From a virus (taxonomy: Duplodnaviria; Caudoviricetes), in IMG/VR virus record IMGVR_UViG_2551306035_000001, positions 2,353 through 66,352 of that record: DNA of 64,000 nucleotides; one strand, 5' to 3'. Numbering within the stretch: the first letter of the stretch is position 1; each line of letters begins with the position of its first letter. A program made the translations under genes and the position numbers. Below the pieces are notes generated by a model that worked only from the letters and a program-made list of their open reading frames with translations, made no database searches and was not told where the DNA came from. Of the stretch, positions 17,124 through 27,019 are shown one piece after another.

Positions 17124-20030
17124 CTATGAGTTTTCATGTATTGATACCTGTTTCGTCTGCCCACACGAAAAATCACCATCTTGCCGGTAGTTAGAGCAAC
17201 CCCAAAACTGACCATACTTACCTTCTTTTAACAACATTCTCCCATCGCATGCCGGGCACATAGGCCATTCAGCGTTACATGAGTTGCAACTACATTCATG
17301 TTTACGTTCTTTTGTATTTGGTACAACAGCATGTCCACATTCAGTGCAATCGATCGCAATATGTTTGCAAATAGGGTAGTTACTACAACCATGAAATGTG
17401 TGGCCATCGGAAGATTCCCTTTTGACTAACGTTCCATCTGTACAAGTAGGGCATTGTTCGACAACTATATCCTGGAGCTTGTTGAGCGAGTCAAATTCGG
17501 CGAGTTCTATAGGGTATTCATCACCTTGAATCAGTTCATGAATAAAATCACTTGCTTTCGCCATATCACAGGCGAGATATGCTCTGTGTTTTGCCCGTGT
17601 AATAGCCACATAGAAAAGTCGGCGTTCCTCGGCGAACTGAAAAGCCTCTTCTTTCGGCAAGAAAACATTGAGAAGAGGATGAATTATCTTTCTAGCGGGA
17701 AAACCATTTTTTCCTGACTCTAGGCCAAGAGAAATAATGTAGTCCGCTTCTTTGCCCTTTGACGAATGATAACTAAGGCTCTTAATCATCAAGTTTTTGT
17801 ATTGCTTGTTTATCTCTTTAACATCTTGATTCTTTGGTAGAGAAAACCAGTACCTGCCAAGTAAGAACACTGTAGTCTTTGGTTCGCTCCTTTCATCTAA
17901 GTCCTTGAGTATTAAATGCATAACATCGTTTTCTGAAACGTCGTGTTCTTGGCAAAATTGGACTATCGATACTGCGGGTTTATCTACTTTTGTGTGCGAT
18001 TCAATTTGTTTGACGATTTGAGAGTCGTTCTTCAAGACAAAATTGGATGCGAGTTCACCAATCTTACTGTTAAAGCGAAATGTCTTATCCAGCGCGGTAA
18101 TTGATGTTGGCCCGAAGTATTCCTCAAAGTTTGTTGTGAGGGAGATGTCTGCGCCAGAGAAACGATAAATTGCTTGCCAGTCATCGCCCACACAAAAAAC
18201 TGAGCTATTGGGTGTATTATCACGAATCGACCTGACCAGCCTTGCTCTAGACTCTGAAATATCTTGGAACTCATCTACTAAAATGAATTTCCACTTGGGT
18301 TCAAAGTGTTTTTCGTCTAGATATCGGCATGCTTTAGAGATCATGTCAGAATAGTCGATTTCGTTTCGTTCACTAAGAAAGGATTCGTAGGTGCTTAGCA
18401 AAGGTTTGAATAGACGAACTGCGACTTCGGCTTGTTTTGGGTCAAGAGACTCAGCAATGGCTTGTCTCTCCTGTTCCTGGGTAAAATTGGCTGATTTGTA
18501 TAGATTGATGAGGCTGGAAAAGAGGCGAGCAAGATCGGTCACTCGATCAAATTGGTTCAAGGTGTTTATTACTACCTCATCTGATAGCGGATTAACCTTA
18601 ACAGATACCTCGTCCAATAAGGTCTTAAGGCGCTCAGTCAGCTTTCCATCTCTGTGTTCGTAGTAAAAAAGCTCAAAGCAGGTCGTTCCATGGCTTTCAT
18701 GTGTTTCACGTTTCCACTGTATCCCCGACACATATCGCTCGCGGTCTATGTATGGTGCGGTGTTATACTCCTCATCAACGCCATAATATTCGATATAGAT
18801 TCCAAAGTCTGACAAGTAGAAGTCTGGTTGATATTGTCTATATTCTGCGGTTCTTACATCGTATTCGTAGCGTTTTTCATATTCATACTGAATACCATTC
18901 AAAAACAGCCAGTTGGCAATTACCAATTCACCATGACTCTTTACAGGCTCACCTTTCATCGTTTTGATGTCGTTGTCTTTCAGATATCGGTAATAGTCTC
19001 CAAGCGTTTTAAATTCAAATGGAGAGATATCTGCGTACATGAATTGACTGAAATACTTAAACAGTAATGTTCTGTATCTTTCGTTCTTCATGAATGCATT
19101 GAGTGTCTCGTTAACCCATTTTTCTTGGAGCTTGGGTTCGGTTGCCCATCGAGTTAGGTTCGGCGGTACACCTTCTACTGTCGTGATGATTTTCAGGCCT
19201 AGGCTATGGAATGTGCTCGCTGAAATTGAATCTTTCGATAGCCTTATTAGTATGCGCTCATCCATTTCCTTTGCAGCTTCTTTGCCATAAGCCAGCATCA
19301 GTATTTCTGTGGGGTCAGCCATCATCTCATTCAGTAAGTAGCCAGCTCGGCCAACCATGACACTTGTTTTTCCTGTGCCGGCACCTGCAATCAATAGATT
19401 GTTGTCATTATCCACAACGCAAGCTTCTCGTTGCTTATCTGTTAGCGGGTTAGACTCTACGGTGTCAAAAAACTGTGCGTGTTTCTTTAATTGTTTTTCA
19501 ACGAACTGTCTTCTGATTTCCCCTATTTTTCCTTGGTCACCGTTTTTTATTGCTTTGAGGAAATTTGAGGCACGATTCAGTGCTTTGTCTTCAGGCTTTA
19601 CTCTTTGTAATTCTCTTAGAATCTCTAATGTTGAATGCGAGACCTTGGATTGGTAGTAGGGAATGCTGGATGAGCGAAGAAAGGACTGCGAGGTTTCGAT
19701 TGAAAGGTCCTTTGCAAGCTTGTAAATCGAGTCAGAGTGGCTATTAAACCAATGATTGGCAAACAACGAGTTACCTTGGGGAGCAAAGTAAGAAAGGTGC
19801 TTGAATGTTTTTACCAGACCGTTTTGGTAAAGAGTAACGAACGAACCTGTAATGGTTCTTTTCAATGTTGGAGGAGCGTCTAATTCAGACCAACGCACCT
19901 CTAATGAGCTCGAATCATCATTGTTATTTAGGATTGTAAGACCACAAGATGTAACTTCGATGGATAGGCTTTCGTTTGCCAGTAGTCGAAAGACCCAGTT
20001 ACTTTTGATCAAAGTCATGTGGCATTCCAC
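17124..20030 (-). CDS. HelD/helicase IV-like SF1 helicase with nuclease-like insert and C-terminal Zn ribbons
   Basis: LIAGAGTGKT, LVDEFQD, VGDDWQAIYRF, SKGKEAD, EERRLFYVAITRAK; internal YQPDFYL..IYIEYYG; CPTC/CPAC topoisomerase-like ribbons. Confidence 0.85.
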   Translation of the reverse strand: MECHMTLIKSNWVFRLLANESLSIEVTSCGLTILNNNDDSSSLEVRWSELDAPPTLKRTITGSFVTLYQNGLVKTFKHLSYFAPQGNSLFANHWFNSHSDSIYKLAKDLSIETSQSFLRSSSIPYYQSKVSHSTLEILRELQRVKPEDKALNRASNFLKAIKNGDQGKIGEIRRQFVEKQLKKHAQFFDTVESNPLTDKQREACVVDNDNNLLIAGAGTGKTSVMVGRAGYLLNEMMADPTEILMLAYGKEAAKEMDERILIRLSKDSISASTFHSLGLKIITTVEGVPPNLTRWATEPKLQEKWVNETLNAFMKNERYRTLLFKYFSQFMYADISPFEFKTLGDYYRYLKDNDIKTMKGEPVKSHGELVIANWLFLNGIQYEYEKRYEYDVRTAEYRQYQPDFYLSDFGIYIEYYGVDEEYNTAPYIDRERYVSGIQWKRETHESHGTTCFELFYYEHRDGKLTERLKTLLDEVSVKVNPLSDEVVINTLNQFDRVTDLARLFSSLINLYKSANFTQEQERQAIAESLDPKQAEVAVRLFKPLLSTYESFLSERNEIDYSDMISKACRYLDEKHFEPKWKFILVDEFQDISESRARLVRSIRDNTPNSSVFCVGDDWQAIYRFSGADISLTTNFEEYFGPTSITALDKTFRFNSKIGELASNFVLKNDSQIVKQIESHTKVDKPAVSIVQFCQEHDVSENDVMHLILKDLDERSEPKTTVFLLGRYWFSLPKNQDVKEINKQYKNLMIKSLSYHSSKGKEADYIISLGLESGKNGFPARKIIHPLLNVFLPKEEAFQFAEERRLFYVAITRAKHRAYLACDMAKASDFIHELIQGDEYPIELAEFDSLNKLQDIVVEQCPTCTDGTLVKRESSDGHTFHGCSNYPICKHIAIDCTECGHAVVPNTKERKHECSCNSCNAEWPMCPACDGRMLLKEGKYGQFWGCSNYRQDGDFSCGQTKQVSIHENS

Positions 20031-20308
20031 GTTACTAAAACCAATTAGTGTAAGTTATCAATAGTTATTGGTGTAAGGTAAACGAGCTTTCCGTGCTTAA
20101 AAATGCGGACAAATCCTCATTGTGTGGGTTAAAGAGCATCCAATAACTGGTTATTCATAAACCTATATCCCGGGGGAAAGTTAGCCATCTGAACAATTAT
20201 TCTTCGAACGATCTATTTCTCGTTTGTATTTGTATAAAAGCTCTTGTTATATCTCGTTTTTCTGCGACACTCCTTGCGTTTTTTACCATAGCGTGGAGCC
20301 AACAAAAT

Positions 20309-20668
20309 ATGAAAAAAATTATTCTCGTCGCAATACTGGCAACCTTGGCAACAGGATGCTCCCAGCGAGTGATCGATTACACCGTGGGTTCGACAAAAAA
20401 TGTAAATTTGAACGGTGGCGAGTTTATTGAAGGTGAGCGCGTCGAAGGGGATGACACTAAGCCTATCATTCTGTTCCCGCTTGGCATTCCAAGCATCAAA
20501 GAAGCCACCGACAATGCAATAGAAACAGATAAGTGTGCTGTGGGACTGAACAACATTGTTGCAGATTTTGAATTTTTCTCTTTCTTGGTCGGCTTTCAAA
20601 AGTACAAAGTTGAGGGAAACCTCTTAATCGATCGTTCACAGCCTGGATGTGAAGACTGGACAAAATAA
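20309..20668 (+). CDS. Lipoprotein
   Basis: Signal peptide with LATGC lipobox. Confidence 0.75.
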   Translation: MKKIILVAILATLATGCSQRVIDYTVGSTKNVNLNGGEFIEGERVEGDDTKPIILFPLGIPSIKEATDNAIETDKCAVGLNNIVADFEFFSFLVGFQKYKVEGNLLIDRSQPGCEDWTK

Positions 20669-20729
20669 TGGTAGGTGCTTTGTCTTTTAGCGTTTGCTAA
20701 CTCTCGATTAGTCACAATAGTGAGCTATT

Positions 20730-20879
20730 AAACCGCTAGAGCCTCACCAAAAACCGGGTTATTTTCTCCCAATAATGCATAACCTCGACCTTTCAAAGGG
20801 CCGAGGTTTTTTGTGCCCAAGCTAACCTGCCACTGCTCTGTTTTTTTGTACCTGAATTTTGGGAAGAGGGAAATGGCTT
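20730..20879 (+). repeat. Late promoter/terminator duplication, copy 1
   Basis: Aligns with 23232-23384 including the terminator hairpin and ATGGCTT start; here the start is followed by TGA. Confidence 0.85.
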
Positions 20880-21195
20880 GAAGGTGATGCCTTGGAGCAA
20901 TGTGGTCACGCTTCCACTAAGCAAAACCATTCCCTTCATCGGTGGTATCAGTTCGGAAGGGAAAGCGCTGGTTAGGTATTGAAGATGCAAAGAAGGTTTT
21001 AGGTCTGGGCTTTCCCAAAAAGATAGATTTCTCTTGAGCAACTTTTTGCTTCTGGGTAAATAATTGCCTAAGTTCGAGCGGTTAATTGCCTGTTTTTTCA
21101 TGTGTAAATCTTAACGTATTGATTTTTTTTGAATGAATGTGTGGATTGATTCTTGCAAATACTCTTGAATAAAAAATCTAAGTGTTGGCAAGGGA

Positions 21196-22755
21196 ATGGA
21201 AAAAATAGTTAGGCTAGATGGCCTATCACAAAGTGACGCCATTCGAATTGAAGGGAACACTTCCCGCTTTAGTGAATCTGAACTTGAAAGTATGTTGCCT
21301 TCCGGTGTGAGCAGCGTGAACGTTAAGTCGTCTTTAGCTCGTGGTGAATTGGTTGTTGTTTCAGATAAACCTGCCGTCCCATTGTTTAAGTACTCCGATG
21401 GCAAGTTAGTCGCCAATGCAAGCAATCAAATCACAGTAACTGACCAGGCATTCAATGATGCCAAACAGCGGTTCTTGATGAGCAAGCCACGAATGAGTGC
21501 ATCGCGTTCAGCTAGTAATGATCCTTCTTCTTCCTTTTCAGAGCCCAGTTATGTTCCTGAGCCAGTAATTGCAGAACCGCCGCTCACACCTACACCACCG
21601 CCTGTGATATCAGAGAATTTTTCTAGTGCGCCTCAGGCAGACAAAGTATTTTCTAAGTCATGCACCAGACCCTTTGGGGATACCAATGCATGTGATAAGA
21701 AGATACTTGCCGCAAACTTTGGTTGGTTTGCGGTGTTTGGTGCTGTTGGAGCGACAACAGCCAGTGGTGGGCAAGTATTAGTCCCTATCTCGGGCAACAC
21801 TTCTCGAATGCCACTCAATTGGTCTGCGGCTGGAAAGCTGCTTTCCCAGGTAGCATCACGTGCAAATTTTATCGTAATGGCGTTCTGGCCATCGCAGTTA
21901 GGGGATGGCACCATTTATGGAAATGAAGAACTTTACCAGTTAGCCGAAGCGGTTACGCGTGTTCGGTTTAGGATTTATGAGGACGACAATGGGAACCCAC
22001 AAATTGTCGGTATCCATACTGGTGAATATGATCCCTATGGCGATACAGTTAGGATAATCAAAGCGAAGTCTGATGGAGGTCAGAACTTTGTTGCTGACGT
22101 CGGCGAAGGGTTAACGATTACGTGGTTTCCTGAAGACGATGAAAGCGCCAAGTTACAGCTGCCAGGCTATCCGGACGAGAGCGACTTCGATATAAGTAAC
22201 ATTTGGGTAAATCCAATTGATGATGATGGACAGGAAGTAACGTCATACATTAATCCTATCCCTGATACCGATATCGTTGATTCAATTTTTGTGTTTCCAG
22301 CTGACAGTGGAATTCCTCCTCTCTATGCTGTTTTTAGTAAACCGGTTAAAGCCAAAGTGAAGCCACTTGAAGTAGGCACTTATGGTGATTTGGCACCGAG
22401 AAGCAAGAAGGATGGGTTGGACATTGATCATATTCCTTCTCTAGCAGCATTAAAGCGAGCGCTGATGGATGAGCTTGGGGTTACATTCTTGACTGAAGAT
22501 CAAATTAACATGTTAAAAAATTCTGCAGCAGGAATTGCTATACCAGCCAAAATACATCAAAAATGTAGTGAAACTTACGGTGGACGTAACCAACCTGGAA
22601 AACAGATAAAAGATTCTAATAGCATTGAGGATGCCATTGATAGTAACTTCGATGCAATTGAGCGGTGCTTGAAAGACAATGGATACGAACAAGAACAGTT
22701 GGATGCAGCGCGGAAAAGACTGCATGAAATTAACAAAGAAAACGGATGGTATTGA
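21196..22755 (+). CDS. Pyocin_S-domain toxin with C-terminal HNH-like nuclease
   Basis: TRVRFRIYED..GIHTG..ITWFP..FVFPADSGIPPLYAVF (Pyocin_S-like); toxin domain GLDIDHIPS..IHQKCSETYGGRN. Confidence 0.75.
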   Translation: MEKIVRLDGLSQSDAIRIEGNTSRFSESELESMLPSGVSSVNVKSSLARGELVVVSDKPAVPLFKYSDGKLVANASNQITVTDQAFNDAKQRFLMSKPRMSASRSASNDPSSSFSEPSYVPEPVIAEPPLTPTPPPVISENFSSAPQADKVFSKSCTRPFGDTNACDKKILAANFGWFAVFGAVGATTASGGQVLVPISGNTSRMPLNWSAAGKLLSQVASRANFIVMAFWPSQLGDGTIYGNEELYQLAEAVTRVRFRIYEDDNGNPQIVGIHTGEYDPYGDTVRIIKAKSDGGQNFVADVGEGLTITWFPEDDESAKLQLPGYPDESDFDISNIWVNPIDDDGQEVTSYINPIPDTDIVDSIFVFPADSGIPPLYAVFSKPVKAKVKPLEVGTYGDLAPRSKKDGLDIDHIPSLAALKRALMDELGVTFLTEDQINMLKNSAAGIAIPAKIHQKCSETYGGRNQPGKQIKDSNSIEDAIDSNFDAIERCLKDNGYEQEQLDAARKRLHEINKENGWY

Positions 22756-23189
22756 TGAGTACGGAATATGGAAAGATGATAGGTCAAACATACAACCAAC
22801 TCATGACGCAGGCTCATTTTGCTTCCTTAAGTGGTGGGAACGTACCACGTGATGTCGATCCTGCTTTCGATACGTTTTTCGTGACGTCTAAATCCAACAA
22901 TGTTTCGTTTGTCTTTGATCGACCAACAAACATGCTCATTGGTATTGAAGTTAAACCCAATCAGGTTGGCGAATTATCCCTGGGAATAACGGTAAACATG
23001 AAATCGAATGAAGTGACGGATTTACTGGGTCAACCAATAGCAACTATGCCAGCAAAAAAGGTACCAGTGCTAGGGCTGGTTGGTGCTTGGGAAAGATTCA
23101 ACGTCAGTGGAGACACTGTCCTAGTGGTGTATGAACCTGAATCCGAGAAAGTTAGTCAGCTCCGCTATGAGCAACCTTCTTGCGGCTAG
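22755..23189 (+). CDS. Putative cognate immunity protein
   Basis: TGATG overlap with the toxin stop; 144 aa; no signal peptide. Confidence 0.7.
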   Translation: MSTEYGKMIGQTYNQLMTQAHFASLSGGNVPRDVDPAFDTFFVTSKSNNVSFVFDRPTNMLIGIEVKPNQVGELSLGITVNMKSNEVTDLLGQPIATMPAKKVPVLGLVGAWERFNVSGDTVLVVYEPESEKVSQLRYEQPSCG

Positions 23190-23231
23190 TGTTCTGACTC
23201 AAAGCGAAGTCTGATGGCGGTGTTGAGAACC

Positions 23232-23384
23232 AAACCGCTTGAGCCTCGCCAAAAACCGCGTTATTTTCTCCCAATAATGCATAACCTCGACCTTTAAAAG
23301 GGCCGAGGTTTTTTATTGCCCAATCCAACCCGCCACTGAGCGGGTTTTTTTTGTACCTGAATTTTGAGGAGAGAGCCATGGCTT
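23232..23384 (+). promoter_or_regulatory. Putative pR'-like late promoter with tR'-like terminators (duplication copy 2)
   Basis: TTGAGC-17-TATTTT, -10-like AATAAT at about +1, hairpin aacctcg..cgaggtt+T tract, second hairpin aacccgc..gcgggtt+T tract, then lysis genes. Confidence 0.6.
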
Positions 23385-23857
23385 ATCGACTCGGTAAACG
23401 TTCATCCAAACGGTTAGCGCCAGTTCACTCGGACATGGTGCGTGTGGTTAGACGAGCAATCCAGATTACCCCCGTTGATTTTGCTGTCCTTGAGGGATTG
23501 AGAACGCTAGAACGTCATCTGGTACTCATGCAGCAAGGCGGGTCTCGTACCAAGAAAAGCCGTCATCTTACAGGGCACGCTGTTGACCTGGGCGCATGGG
23601 TCGGCGGTGAAGTCCGTTGGGACTTTGGCCTTTACGTAAAGATTGCATACGCCATGCGCCAAGCGGCGATTGAGTTAGATGTGTCTGTGGTATGGGGCGC
23701 CTGTTGGACGGTTATCAATGATGAAGATGACTTGGAAACTGCCATCGCGCGCTATGTTGCACGCAAGAAGCAGCAAGGCAAAACGCCGCTCATTGATGGC
23801 CCTCATTTCCACCTTTGCCGTAAGCGTTACCCCGTTGAGCAACAAGAGGCCGCGTAA
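23378..23857 (+). CDS. Endolysin, M15 family peptidase
   Basis: EGLRT..SRHLTGHAVDL..DGPHF motifs. Confidence 0.85.
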   Translation: MAYRLGKRSSKRLAPVHSDMVRVVRRAIQITPVDFAVLEGLRTLERHLVLMQQGGSRTKKSRHLTGHAVDLGAWVGGEVRWDFGLYVKIAYAMRQAAIELDVSVVWGACWTVINDEDDLETAIARYVARKKQQGKTPLIDGPHFHLCRKRYPVEQQEAA

Positions 23858-24261
23858 TGAGTGTTTGGAAAATTCTCTCGGGTCTCGTCGAGCCTGTCAC
23901 TGAGTTGATTGATGATCTCCATACGAGTGATGAAGAGCGCCTGCAGGTCAAAGCACGTCTGTTTGACATGCAAACAGCGATGGCCTCAAAGGTATTGGAT
24001 TATGAAGCACGTTTGATTGAGGCTAAAACCCAAGTTATTACCGCTGAAGCGAAAGGGGCAAGTTGGCTGCAACGTAATTGGCGTCCCATCACCATGCTCA
24101 CATTCTTAGTGCTTGTTGTTGCTGACACGTTTGGACTGACTGAATTTCGCTTAGCGACTGAGGCATGGGCCTTACTTCAAATTGGCTTGGGCGGTTATGT
24201 GGTTGGGAGAAGTGCGGAGAAGATTGTTCCGAAAGTCACCGAAGTGATGAGAAAGGATTGA
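23857..24261 (+). CDS. 3TM holin-like protein
   Basis: SWLQRNWRP..GLGGYVVGRSAEK motif. Confidence 0.75.
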   Translation: MSVWKILSGLVEPVTELIDDLHTSDEERLQVKARLFDMQTAMASKVLDYEARLIEAKTQVITAEAKGASWLQRNWRPITMLTFLVLVVADTFGLTEFRLATEAWALLQIGLGGYVVGRSAEKIVPKVTEVMRKD

Positions 24262-24263
24262 AG

Positions 24264-24446
24264 ATGAATGAATCCGCTTCGGCCATTTCGTATAGCGCAT
24301 CAGCGGTAACAACCATGGCAGGGTTAACGTTCAATGAATGGGTCGCCTTGGGCGGCTTTCTTATTGGTGTTGCCACCTTTGCAGTGAACTGGTGGTACAA
24401 ACACGTACAGACCAAAATCATGCAGGACAAACAAGACCAGGACTAA
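24264..24446 (+). CDS. HP1-family holin-like protein
   Basis: MNESASAISY..TFNEWVALGG..TFAVNWWYK. Confidence 0.7.
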   Translation: MNESASAISYSASAVTTMAGLTFNEWVALGGFLIGVATFAVNWWYKHVQTKIMQDKQDQD

Positions 24447-24471
24447 GGGTCAGGGTCTAAGAGGTGCAAGC

Positions 24472-24648
24472 ATGAGTGAGTCCGCTATTAAGTCAGGCCG
24501 CATCGTTAGCGTTATCCGTTGGAATGGTGTCAGTGCACGCGTTGTACTCAAAGACGGTTCACGGATAACTGCAAAAGCCAGCCATCGGCCAATGATGGGT
24601 GATTGGATTGTCGACGGTGAACTGAGCAGAGAACAAGTCAGTCAGTAA
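24472..24648 (+). CDS. Hypothetical protein (58 aa)
   Basis: Translated by hand (MSESAIKSGRIVSV...); gaggt RBS; TAATG coupling to terS. Confidence 0.6.
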   Translation: MSESAIKSGRIVSVIRWNGVSARVVLKDGSRITAKASHRPMMGDWIVDGELSREQVSQ

Positions 24649-25355
24649 TGTCTCGCGATTGGAAGAAGCTACAAGCGCAGTTCCAACATGACCATGAGAA
24701 ATACGGGACAGGCGCAAAGGAATGGTGTGAAGCAAAAGGGCTGAATTACGCCAGTGCGCGCAGACACATTAAAGTGCGCACTATTGCGCAGTTCACAACT
24801 GCGCAAAAAGAAACCGCGAAAGTGCGCAGTGCGCAAAGGCGGCAAGCCAAGAAAGAACAGCAAAGTGAGCAAGTCATCATCATTGATGAAAGCCAGCGTG
24901 AAGAGGTAAAGAAAGGACATGAAGTAAGCGGCGAGCCTTTTCGAAAAGGGTGCTTCTACGCACGCTACTTTCCTGCAGATAAACAGGTCATGTTTGATAC
25001 CGCATTTACGGCCACGTTGGAGGATGAATTATTGCTGACACGGGCAAGGTTGCAAAGTGGCATTGAGTACTTGGGTAAGATCCATGAAGACATTGCTCAT
25101 GCTTCCTCGTTGAAAGAACGCGTTGCGCTGTATGAAGCATTTACCCGATTGAATGGTCAGCTTGATACGTTGACGGGCCGCGTTGAATCGTTGACCAGGA
25201 CAATGAGTACACTCGGCATTGATGTCGTGAAGCGCGAGAAGATCATTGCGGAGACGCAAAAGCTATTCAGTGATGGAAGCACAGATGACACGCCATTGGG
25301 CCAAATCCTCGAAGAGCTTAGAAACATGGGCTCAGATGGTTTGATGAACTCTTGA
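24648..25355 (+). CDS. terS: Terminase small subunit
   Basis: N-terminal HTH (WCEAKGLNYASARRHI); directly upstream of terL. Confidence 0.7.
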   Translation: MSRDWKKLQAQFQHDHEKYGTGAKEWCEAKGLNYASARRHIKVRTIAQFTTAQKETAKVRSAQRRQAKKEQQSEQVIIIDESQREEVKKGHEVSGEPFRKGCFYARYFPADKQVMFDTAFTATLEDELLLTRARLQSGIEYLGKIHEDIAHASSLKERVALYEAFTRLNGQLDTLTGRVESLTRTMSTLGIDVVKREKIIAETQKLFSDGSTDDTPLGQILEELRNMGSDGLMNS

Positions 25356-27019
25356 TGCCAGAGCAAGTGCTGACCGAAGAGATTAAACGTAATCTCTCAG
25401 ACAAATGGTGGCGTTTAGACAATCTCTACAAGATAGAGAATGAACAAGGCAAGCTGGTTACGTTTCGGTTAAGGCCAGCACAGCGATTGCTGTTCGAGCT
25501 GATGCATTGGCTCAACATCATTCTTAAAGCCAGACAGATTGGTTTCTCAACCGCCATTGATATCTACCTCTTGGATGAGGCGCTTTTCAATAACAACCTG
25601 AAGTGCGGCATCATCGCCCAGGACCAGAACGCGGCAGGCGAGATATTTCGGACCAAGATAGAAATCCCGTTCGACAATCTGCCTGCTTGGTTAAAGGCAC
25701 GCTTCATCATCAAGTCACGCACATCGGGCAAAACCGGTGGCAGTATCTTGTTTGGGCATGGATCAAGTATTCAGGTGGCAACCTCGTTTCGTTCGGGAAC
25801 GGTGCATCGATTGCACGTCTCTGAGCACGGCAAGATTTGTGCGCAATACCCCCAGAAAGCCAAGGAAGTGCGCACCGGTACTTTGAATGCCATTCACCCA
25901 GGTTGTGTGGCCTTCATTGAATCAACGGCTGAAGGTGTTGGCGGGGACTTTCATTCTATGGCGTCAAAGTCCATGGAGCATGCGCGGGTAGGGTCAGAGC
26001 TGACTCAACTTGATTGGAAGTTTCACTTCTTCGCATGGTGGCAAGATCCAAAGTACCGCGCCAAGGTACCCAAGCATGGTCTTGTGATGAGCAAGGCACA
26101 ACATGAATACTTTGTGGCGGTGGAAGAGTCGATGGATTGCACCATCGACGACGAACAGCGCCAATGGTACGTGCTCAAAGAAGCCGAGCAGGGCGAAGAG
26201 ATGAAACAAGAGTTTCCCTCAACGCCCATTGAAGCGTTCTTAACGTCAGGCCGACGTGTGTTCGATGCCAATCATGTCATGAAGGCAGAAGGGCAATGTA
26301 CCAAACCCCTCATTGTGTATGACGTTGAGCCTGTAACCGGCGAGAAGACCAAAGCGGCCAAACCCGAAACACTGGATGAGCAAGGCCAACGCAGCTTGAT
26401 GAACATGCTGTTGGTGTGGGAGCTGCCAGACCTTGATGAAGACTATGCAATAGGCGTCGACATCGCGGAAGGTCTCGAGCACGGTGACCGCTCAAGCTTC
26501 GATGTGGTGAAGAAAAGCACCGGCGAACAAGTGGCGCATTGGTTCGGCTTTCTGGACGTGGAAATGTTTGCCCATTTAGTGGCTCACATTGGCAAATGGT
26601 ACAACAAAGCGTTCGTGGGACCTGAGCGAAACAACCATGGTCATGCGTTTATCCTGGCATTCAAAGACCTTTACCCCACACAGCGCATTTACTGTGAACA
26701 ATACATCGACCGTGATGACGAAGATGAAACGGTCAAACTTGGCTGGCTCACCACCAAACACTCCAAACCCATTCTCTCTGAAGGCATGAAGACGTTATTC
26801 CGACCTGGGCTATCTGGCATTAACTGGGTCGGTACTGTGTTGGAGTTCCATACGTTCGTGTACGACAAGAAAGGATCGATGGGCGCGCAAGAAGGGTGCT
26901 TCGATGACCAGGTGATGAGTTACATGATCGCGCAAGAGATGCGAGCACGCATGCCAGCGCGTGTCGTGAAAGATAAGAAAGCCCAGCAAACACGCGTTAA
27001 ACATTGGATGGCGAGGTAG
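25352..27019 (+). CDS. terL: Terminase large subunit
   Basis: LKARQIGFST, LHVSE, IESTAEG, GVDIAEG, FDDQVMS motifs. Confidence 0.9.
   Translation: MMPEQVLTEEIKRNLSDKWWRLDNLYKIENEQGKLVTFRLRPAQRLLFELMHWLNIILKARQIGFSTAIDIYLLDEALFNNNLKCGIIAQDQNAAGEIFRTKIEIPFDNLPAWLKARFIIKSRTSGKTGGSILFGHGSSIQVATSFRSGTVHRLHVSEHGKICAQYPQKAKEVRTGTLNAIHPGCVAFIESTAEGVGGDFHSMASKSMEHARVGSELTQLDWKFHFFAWWQDPKYRAKVPKHGLVMSKAQHEYFVAVEESMDCTIDDEQRQWYVLKEAEQGEEMKQEFPSTPIEAFLTSGRRVFDANHVMKAEGQCTKPLIVYDVEPVTGEKTKAAKPETLDEQGQRSLMNMLLVWELPDLDEDYAIGVDIAEGLEHGDRSSFDVVKKSTGEQVAHWFGFLDVEMFAHLVAHIGKWYNKAFVGPERNNHGHAFILAFKDLYPTQRIYCEQYIDRDDEDETVKLGWLTTKHSKPILSEGMKTLFRPGLSGINWVGTVLEFHTFVYDKKGSMGAQEGCFDDQVMSYMIAQEMRARMPARVVKDKKAQQTRVKHWMAR

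Noticed and set aside
17124-20030. Labelling the helicase as host core helD marking a prophage boundary
   Set aside because: It is flanked on both sides by phage genes and cargo, and has extra domains.
20213-20599. 128-aa minus-strand ORF
   Set aside because: Antisense to a convincing lipoprotein.
20793-21425. Minus-strand ORFs 20793-21101 and 21111-21425
   Set aside because: They overlap the promoter repeat or lie antisense to the toxin, with no recognisable motif.
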